NCBI GenBank assembly: GCA_027251445.1
Contig: JAPNQO010000115.1
Location: 1 to 27,990 of the forward strand
DNA length: 27,990 nt
Source of the DNA: Fidelibacterota bacterium
Lineage (GTDB): Bacteria > Fidelibacterota > Marinisomatia > Marinisomatales > TCS55
Reading direction: 5' to 3'
The notes under the pieces are model-generated. The model was not told the origin of the DNA and made no database searches. It worked only from the letters and a program-made list of their open reading frames with translations. A program made the translations under genes and the position numbers. Shown here in pieces: positions 18,174 through 27,100 of the stretch. Position 1 is the first letter of the stretch; each line of letters begins with the position of its first letter.

Positions 18174-21100
18174 ATGAAGAATTATATTCTCGCATTTATG
18201 CTAGTACCGTTCCTGTTATTTGGACAAAAGTTCAAAGATAAAGACAGTGAACTAATAATTAAAGATACGGGAGGAGGGGATATAAATAGCAAAGCTGTTG
18301 CGGTTGAAACCGTACCAAGATTGCTTTCTTATCAAGGCTTTCTTACCGTTGGTGGTGCTGGTCCAGTTAGTGATGGCCAGTATACTGTAAACTTCCGACT
18401 GTTTGACCAAGAAGAAGATGGTAATGAGTTTTGGAATGAAACGCATCTATTAACTATTTCAGATGGATTGGTTTCAGCCTTATTGGGTTCCAATGGATTC
18501 CCTATTGAGACTGTTCCAATGAATTCCTATCTAGAAATAGAAATTGATGGAAATACCTTATCTCCTCGTCAGCAAATAACCTCCGTTATGTATGCTATAA
18601 AATCGGATACAACTTATTTTGCTAAAGGTTATACCAAAACAGCTGATCTTTCTGAAGTTGCTATGAGTGGTGAGTACTCTGATCTGTTAAACTCTCCTGA
18701 TCTCACTCCATTTGCAACAAAAGATTCACTCGGCTATTATGCAACATTAGATAGTCTTGATAGTTATACATTGACATCTGAATTATCAGTTGTTGCATTT
18801 TCTGGTGAATATGAGGATATATTAAATATTCCTGATCTTGCCGATTATGCTGTAACAGATACGTTAAGTTATTATGCTACACTAGACAGTCTTGGTTACT
18901 ATGTTACTGAGGATTCTTTAAGTCAATATATTGGCTCGACAATACAACCGTACGATACGGAATTGTATCAAATTGCTGAATTAAGAGATTTGGTGGAAGG
19001 TCAACTGATCGTATATGATGGTACTGAGCTTACTTGGACTGCTCAAGGAGGTGCGGATGCACGTGCTACCTTAGGTCTAGGTGAAATGTCTGTTCAAGAG
19101 CCTGATAGCGTTATAATTACGGGAGGGTCTATATCTGGTATTGAAGATCTTTCCATATCTGATGGTGGGACAGGTGCGTCCAATAGTCAAGGCGCAAGAG
19201 ATAGTCTTGGATTAACAATTGGTGAAGATGTGCAAGCTTTTGATTCAGATCTTCAGACAATTGCTACTCAAAATCATTCAGAAAATCCAAATGTGAAGCA
19301 AATGTTAATAAGTCGTGGGTATTATTGGGAAGCTCGATCTGCTGATTCTGCAAGGACAGATCTTGGTCTTAAAATTGGTCAAGACGTGCAGGCTTGGAAC
19401 CAAGATTTGCAAAACTTTGCAGATGGCCAGGATATTCCAGCAGATAAAATTCAATATGGTGAATATTTTATTAATCAACCCGGACAGCAAGGACAAATAT
19501 GGGCTTCAGATGCTTCTGATGAAGGACGCTGGTCTAATCTTGGTGATTATTTGACGTATGATGTATCTGGCGCAGATTCTGCTACCAGTATTGTATTTGA
19601 TGTAGACGTTGGTACAGGGCCAAATCAGGTTATAGCTCTAGATGTAAATCAAAAATTACCAGCTGTGAATGCATCAAGACTAGAGGGTATAACCGCTGAT
19701 CAGATTAATGACAGTACGGTTTCGAACTCAGAGTTTAATATGCTTGCAGGTGTGCGTACAATTTCTGGGGAAGATGGACCTGGAGGTTTAATACAAGATC
19801 AGTTAGATAATAAAGCCCAAAAGGGTAATAATTCAGATATTTTATCCATTACTGGCCTTACTACGATGTTAGCCATAAACCAAGGTGGGACAGGTGCGTC
19901 TACAGCTGAAGACGCAAGAACAAATCTAGATGCGCAACAACAAAATGTGCATCTTGATGATCTGGCTGAAGATGGAATATTATCTGCATCTAAAGTAGAA
20001 TACGGCAATTTCTTTGTCAAAGATGCAGGGGATGCAGGTTTTCAATGGACTTCCGATGGCGTTGATGAAGGATATTGGGCTCCAGGTGGCGATATTGCGC
20101 ATGTATATACCGATGCAGGAAGAGGGATATTAATCAATAGTGCTACAGTTGCTGAAGCAGGCAGTGTACATGTTGCCGTAGATGCAGGAACTGCAGTAGG
20201 TCAAATTCCTCAACTAGAGTTCTCATCAAATTTTGAAGGTGGAAAATTGCCGGCAGTAGATGGCTCTGGTGTATTATATCTAAATGCAGAACAAATAAAT
20301 GCTAGTAGTGCAAGCCCTGTTTCAAATGCACAGTTTGATTTATTGACTGATTTACGTACAACCAGCACTCAAGATTCAGCAGGTGGCCCTATTCAGGCTC
20401 AGTTAGATGGTAAACAGAATCAAAGTAATATCTTGGATGATTTTGTTACTACTTCTACTGGAAATACCACAGACCAAGATTTATTGATTTGGAAAGTTGT
20501 TGATGGAGATGGTAGCTGGCAATTATTGAAATCTGATGATGCAACCTACAATGTGACTGCTTCACGAGTAGAACATGGGGAATTTTTTATAAATGATGCT
20601 GGTATTAATGGACAGTATTGGTCTTCTGATGGAGCAGAAAATGGCAGTTGGAGAACTTATGGTCCTCGATTTACGATTGGTGCAGATACGCTTAACATAC
20701 GAACAGGTACGAATGCTGGTGATATCGTTGAATTGTTAACAGGAGGAAAGCTTCCAGCTGTGGATGCATCTAATCTTCTGGAATTAAATGCGCTTCAAAT
20801 TAATGATAGTACAGTATCTAACGCTGAATTTAATGCTCTAGCTGCACTTCGATTAGCAGGTACAGCATTGCCTGAAGCAAATGCCACAGAATTTCGTTAT
20901 CAAGCTGGTGATATTCAGGTTCAATTAGATGGAAAAATGAACTATAATGAATATTTAGCTGATTTATCGGATGGTTTGCTAACCTATGACCGTGTTCAGT
21001 ATGGTCAGTATTTTATTCAAGAACCAAGTGATTTAGCTGGTAAAGTATGGACATGGAGTGGCGATCAGGCTACGGGATTTGGTCTCTGGGAATTACCCCC

Positions 21101-24100
21101 TGGAGCTCAATGGATTGGTGATTTGAATGATGCAAGTACAACTGGAGATGGTAACCTATTTTTAGGTGATCGCGCAGGTGAAAATGCAACTGGTGAGAAT
21201 AATATTGGAGTTGGTCCTGGGGCATTATCATCTGTTACAACTGGAAATATTAATGTAGCTGTTGGAAGAAATGCAGGTCAAAATATTCAAACTGGAAGCG
21301 CCAATGTGCTTATCGGGCATAACGCTGGTAGCAATTTACTATCCAATTCTGAAAATAGACTGATAATTGAAAATGGAAATGATGGTCTTGGTTTTACCAA
21401 TCCATTGATCGATGGATCTTTTGCTAATCCGAATAGAGGAATAAATGTAGATGGTACAGTTTTATCACGTGATGACCTTACAACTGCAAATGAAATTAAT
21501 ATTGCGGAAATCAATCAAGATAACTCCGTAGTTGCTGATTTATTTACAATTAGCGAAAGCTCAGGCGATATAAGTATGGTAAATCAATCATCGGATCAGA
21601 AAATTAATTTCGTAGTAGATCAAAATAATACTCTACTAACTCTGGATGGAAGTGATGATATGGTTAAACTACCAGCAGAAACAAAATTGGCTTCCGATGA
21701 TAATACATCGACTTTCATTAATGCAACATCTTCCGGTACTAACCTTAATGTAATGGGAGAAACCAAAGTGTTTGTTCGAGGTGGGGATAACTTGGCAGGT
21801 AGAATACAATTGATGGCAAAAGATAGTCTTCGTTTAAAATCAGATAATATTGAAATCGATTCTCCCCAAGAATTTATTGTTCAAAACAATATGCGTGTTG
21901 GTGGTGATTTCCGTATTGGTGATGTAACAAACGAAGAGTTTAAAATATCTCATGATGGCAGCTACAATACTATAATTGAAAACAGGAAAGATGATAAGGA
22001 TTTAATATTTAAGATAACTCCTTCGGCTGTAGGTACTCAAACAGAAGTAATGCGTCTAGATGGAGATGGGCGATCATTGTTAATGGCAGATAACAAAAAG
22101 CTTGAGTTCCGTGATAATCAAACTTATTTGAATAGTACGGAAGCAAACGTTTTAGCGTTGGTTGCTCCTTCCTTAAACATTACATCCACTAGTGGTGTTA
22201 CATTAAATACTACAAATCGTCTTCAATTTAATGATGCGGCAACGTATATCAATAGTTCTGCTTCAAACGTGTTGGATATTGTTTCGCCAACATTAATTCT
22301 ATCTGAATCAGGAACTGCTGCAGGAACAGTTCAGATTGGAACAGGCGCTGAAAATACGCTAGTTAGTGATGCGACATCATTAACATTAACCAGTCCGAAT
22401 CTTAAATTAAATGGAACAACAAAAACCATTGCATTAGGACAAGTTGAGTTTCAAGATAGTCTAATCTTAGCAGATAACGGTTCGGAAGTTAATGAATTTG
22501 TCATAGCGGAAAATTCTGCGACGAATGATTATACAATTGCGAACATGGTTCAAGATAAGGATATTATTTTTAATCTTAAGCCAGGTGGAACGGCTACAGA
22601 AATTGCACGTTTTGATGGTTCAGCAAGCTCCTTATTAATGGGTGGAACAAATAAGATTGAGTTTACAGATGCGAATCATTATATCAATAATTCTGGCAGT
22701 CAATTGGATATTGCTGCTCTAACTAACGGAACAGTCAAGATAGGTAAATATACAGATGGGGATGGTGCCAACACTACCGCTACAGTGAAACTTGAAGGAA
22801 CTACTGTAAATCCTAATACTAATCAATTTACTTTCACTGCACCAAATGAAACTCCAGTTGTAACACTGGATTCAGATAAGGATGCAGCTGGTTCTAGTTC
22901 TTCGTTGATTCTTAAGAAGATTCGTGGTACGGGTGGTGTGGATGATGACTTGCTTGGAATGATTGTTGCTAAAGGTGAAAATGATGGTACAACTGAAAGG
23001 AACTATGCAGAAATTAAGTTCGAAAGCAAAGTTGCAACCGCCGGTAGTGAACGTGGTTCAATCTTGTTCGTCACGAAGGGAACAACGGGTCCATTAGACA
23101 TAAATGGTGAAACCGATTTATTGATGGATATTAATCATGAAACAGCAAATACAGTGTCTGTACATGGGGATATGTCCGTTGCAGGATCTATGTCATTAAA
23201 TGGGGCTGCATTCAGAGCAGATATTACATCAGATCTTAAAGGTGTAAATAATCTTGGGACGGATGGATCAGGCGAATGGAAAGGATTGCATTTATATGAT
23301 GCATCTGGGGCAGCAAATAATGCTAAAATCACGTTTGGTAGTGGTAGTACAGATACGCCAGTTGCAGGAGATATTGAACTTCAGCATGATATTACAAATA
23401 GTGGCTTAACATTAAATGATGACCATCGTTTCCAATTTCGGAATAATGCAACATATGTAGCAAGTTCTGCATCTGATATTTTAGATCTTGTAGCGCCAAC
23501 ACTAAATATTACATCAAATAATATTGATGCAAGTCGTAGGCTCAGTGTGAATGATACGATTGCTATTGGTGGCAGTTTAACTACACTTACGTTAATGGAA
23601 ATGAATAATAATGATTTTATTGTGAAAAATATTACGCAGGATAAAAATATTGTTCTTAGTGTAAACGATGGTGGTTCGCAATCTGACGCACTTGTGATTA
23701 AAGGTGATGATAAATCTGCAACTTTATCAGGTGATGTAATCCTAAAAGGTCAAATGCTTTTTAATGATTCTGAAAATGAATTTTCTATAGCGGAAACTGG
23801 TACAGATGATTACACTATTAAAAACTTAATACAGGATAAGGATATTATTGTAAATGCGAACGTTGGTGGTGCTGACACGGAGATTGCTCGTTTTGATGGT
23901 TCAGCTAGTTCTCTATTAATGGCTGGAACAAATAAAGTTGAGTTTGGTGCTGCAACTGATTATATCAATGCTGCAAATACTAAACTAAACGTTAGAAGTA
24001 ATAACCCATTATGGATAGATGTTAGCTCCATAAAAATGGGTAACGACCTAGATACGGGTTCGCCTGATTATGGGATGGTAATTGAAAAAGATATAGATTC

Positions 24101-27100
24101 GGAAACGCTGACTTCCAGTGCTGCTAGTAAGCCTGTTTGGAAGCTTTCCAATACCAATGCAACTGCTGCACAAGCTGGTGCAATTGTAGAGTTTAGTAAA
24201 ACGGCTACACAGGATGATGCTATCATGGGTTCTATTAAGAGTTCTACAGGAGATGGTACTTTTGCCCAAGTAGATTTTAAAGGTGAAGGAAATACAGCAT
24301 CACAAACTGGTTCTATGGTATTTACTACGTATGAAGGTGGAGCTGCGAAGCAGGTGATGGACTTGAGTGCAACTAATGCCAATACGGTAACAATAGGTAC
24401 AGGATCTAATTCTGCCAATCTAAAAGTATTTGGAACGTTAACAGCTGCTTCAACGGCATACGAAAATGATTTACTTCCAGCAGTTGATGGTGGTGGAGTT
24501 AATGAAGCTGGCTTAGGTGCTTCTGATTATAGATGGAAAGATTTATATCTTTATGATGCAGGTGTTGCAAGCTTTGGTGGTGCTAGTATACCTGTAGTGA
24601 CACTTACACATGATGATGGCGAGAGTGATTCAAACCCAGGTTTAATTTTGGATACGGATAGTAGACTGTACTTTGATGATGTAAATCAACATATTGGTAG
24701 AAAGAATGGTGAAGCTGGTGTATTAGAAATTGTTTCTGCAACTGAAGTTGAAATTAATGCCGGTCCATTGCTGGATCTTGATGCAAATTCAGTGACTGTT
24801 GATGCAAATTCTGTAGCTATTAATGCAGCCCAGAGTGATGGAGTAGCAATCACTGCTGCGTTAGGTAACATTGAACTTAATACACCATCAAATAAAGCTG
24901 TAGTGCTGAAATCTAACCAAGCAGTAACAGTTTCTCACGTATCTGATGGAGGTGCACAGGATTTTACAATTGCGCAAACTGGCGCAGTTGATGCATCTTT
25001 ATTTATTAATTCTGCAGGTACTGCTGCAGATGCAATTGCATTAACTGCTTCTGCTGGTGGTATTGATATACTCGCCTCTGGAGCAGCTGCAGGTGAAGAC
25101 ATTGATATAACAGCTACTGGATCATCAGTAAACTTATCATCAAATGAAGCGGTTGCGGATGCAATTGCATTAACTGCTTCTGCTGGTGGACTTGATATTG
25201 ATGGTGTGAATTCAACAATTGCAATCACCAATACGACGGACGGAGATGAAGACGATATAACTATTTCTACTGTAAATGCGAATAATTCTTCCATTATATT
25301 AAATTCTGCAGGTAATGGTACAGATGCAATTGCATTAACTGCTGCCGCAGGTGATATCGATATTGATGCAGCAAATGTAACAATGGATGCAACAGCTGGT
25401 GTATCCATCCAAGGTGCTACTGCATCAGATCTTACCGTTGCTGGATCTGGTGAAACGTTAACGCTTGAAGCTTCAGGTGGAGGAACAAATCAAGTAATTA
25501 TTTCATCTGCAGGTACTGGAACAGACGCCTTAGATATTAATGCACCAAATGGCGGTATAGATATAGATGCTGCTGTGGGTAGTGCAGTTGCATTGAATGC
25601 TGGAAGTTTTAATATTACTTCCAATACTTCAAATACCGGTACAGTTAAGGTTATAGGTGCTGATGCAGAATCTGCGAAATTATTTCTTTCTGCAGATGAA
25701 GATGATAGTAATGCAGATAAATGGTTAATCGCTGCTGCAGATGATGGTGCGGTAACTATTTCCAATACTGCTGATGGATCAACTTTTTCTCCTAAGTTAA
25801 CAGTTGCAAGCGATGGTACAGTGACTGCAGGTAGTTTTTCTGGAAATATGAATTCAAATGATTTGCAAACGGATCAAGTGATGACAATAGCATCAAGTAA
25901 TGTTGCGGCAGTTGCTGTTGATTTAGATGCTTCTGCAGGTGGTGCGGCAATTGATGCAGTAAAAGCATCAAACTTTACTGTTACTGGATCTGGCGAAAGT
26001 TTGACTCTGTCAGCTGCTGGAGGTGGAGCACAAAAGGTTATTGTTAATTCTGCTGGTACTGGAGAAGATGCAATTCAGTTAAATGCAACTGCAGGGGGTG
26101 TCGATATTGATGCTTTAGCAGCCAAAGATGTAAATATAGCAGGTGGTCAAGTTGCTCTTGTTTCAAAAGATGATGCAGCATCTGCAATTTCTTTGACAAC
26201 TAATGTAGGTACTAGTGAAACAATCGTAGTTACAAATACACAGGGTAATACTGAAAATGCATTAACATTAGAAGCAACTGCAGGTGGAGTTAATGTAGAT
26301 GCAGCAGCTGGTAAAGATGTTGATCTATCAGGTGGTCAAGTTGCTATTTCTTCAAAGGATAACGCAGCTAATGCGATCACTCTTACAGCCAATCAGGGTG
26401 CTTCTGAAACAATCGTAGTTACAAATACGCAAGGTACAGGTGAAGGAGCAATAACACTTACTTCAACCGCAGGTGGAGTTGATGTAGATGCTGCTGCAAC
26501 GAAAGATGTAAGTGTAGCAGGTGGTCAAGTTGCTCTTGTTTCGAAAGATGATGCAGCTTCTGCAATTTCTTTGACAACTAATATAGGTACTAGTGAAACA
26601 ATCGTAGTTACAAATACACAAGGTACTGGTTCTGGTGCGCTAACATTTACAGCCACAGCTGGAGGGGTTGATATAGATGGAGCGGATGAAGTAAATATAG
26701 GTTCAAGCAAGGATGATCCTGCTGCAATCGTAATTGATGCAAGCGCAGGTGGTGTTGATATACTTGCAAGCGACGCAGCTGCAGGTGAAGATATTGATAT
26801 ATCAGCTACGGGATCATCGGTAAACTTATCTTCAAATGAAGCGGTTGCGGATGCAATCACATTAAATGCATCTGCAGGGGGTATAGATATAACTTCAGCA
26901 GGTGTGATGGATATTACGACTTCTGCAGGTAATTCAAATATAACCATAGATCCGAATGGTTCTGGAACCCTGGCCTTAGGTTCCGCTGATAATACAGCAG
27001 TAACTGTTGATGCGATTGCATTGACTTTAACTGCAGCAGCTACAGGAAGCATTACAATTGATGCAGATAATGGTAATGAGGCTACTGAAGATGTAATAAT

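Noticed and set aside
25029..25343. CRISPR-like 32-nt direct repeats
   Set aside because: There are only two full copies with unequal long spacing (129 and 165 nt). They are in-frame coding (DAIALTASAGG), and there are no cas genes.
26137..26625. DGR template/variable repeat pair (111 nt, all 4 mismatches involve an A)
   Set aside because: The adenines are split two and two between the copies, so the pattern is not directional. Both copies are in-frame coding units of a tandem array, and no reverse transcriptase is present in the window.
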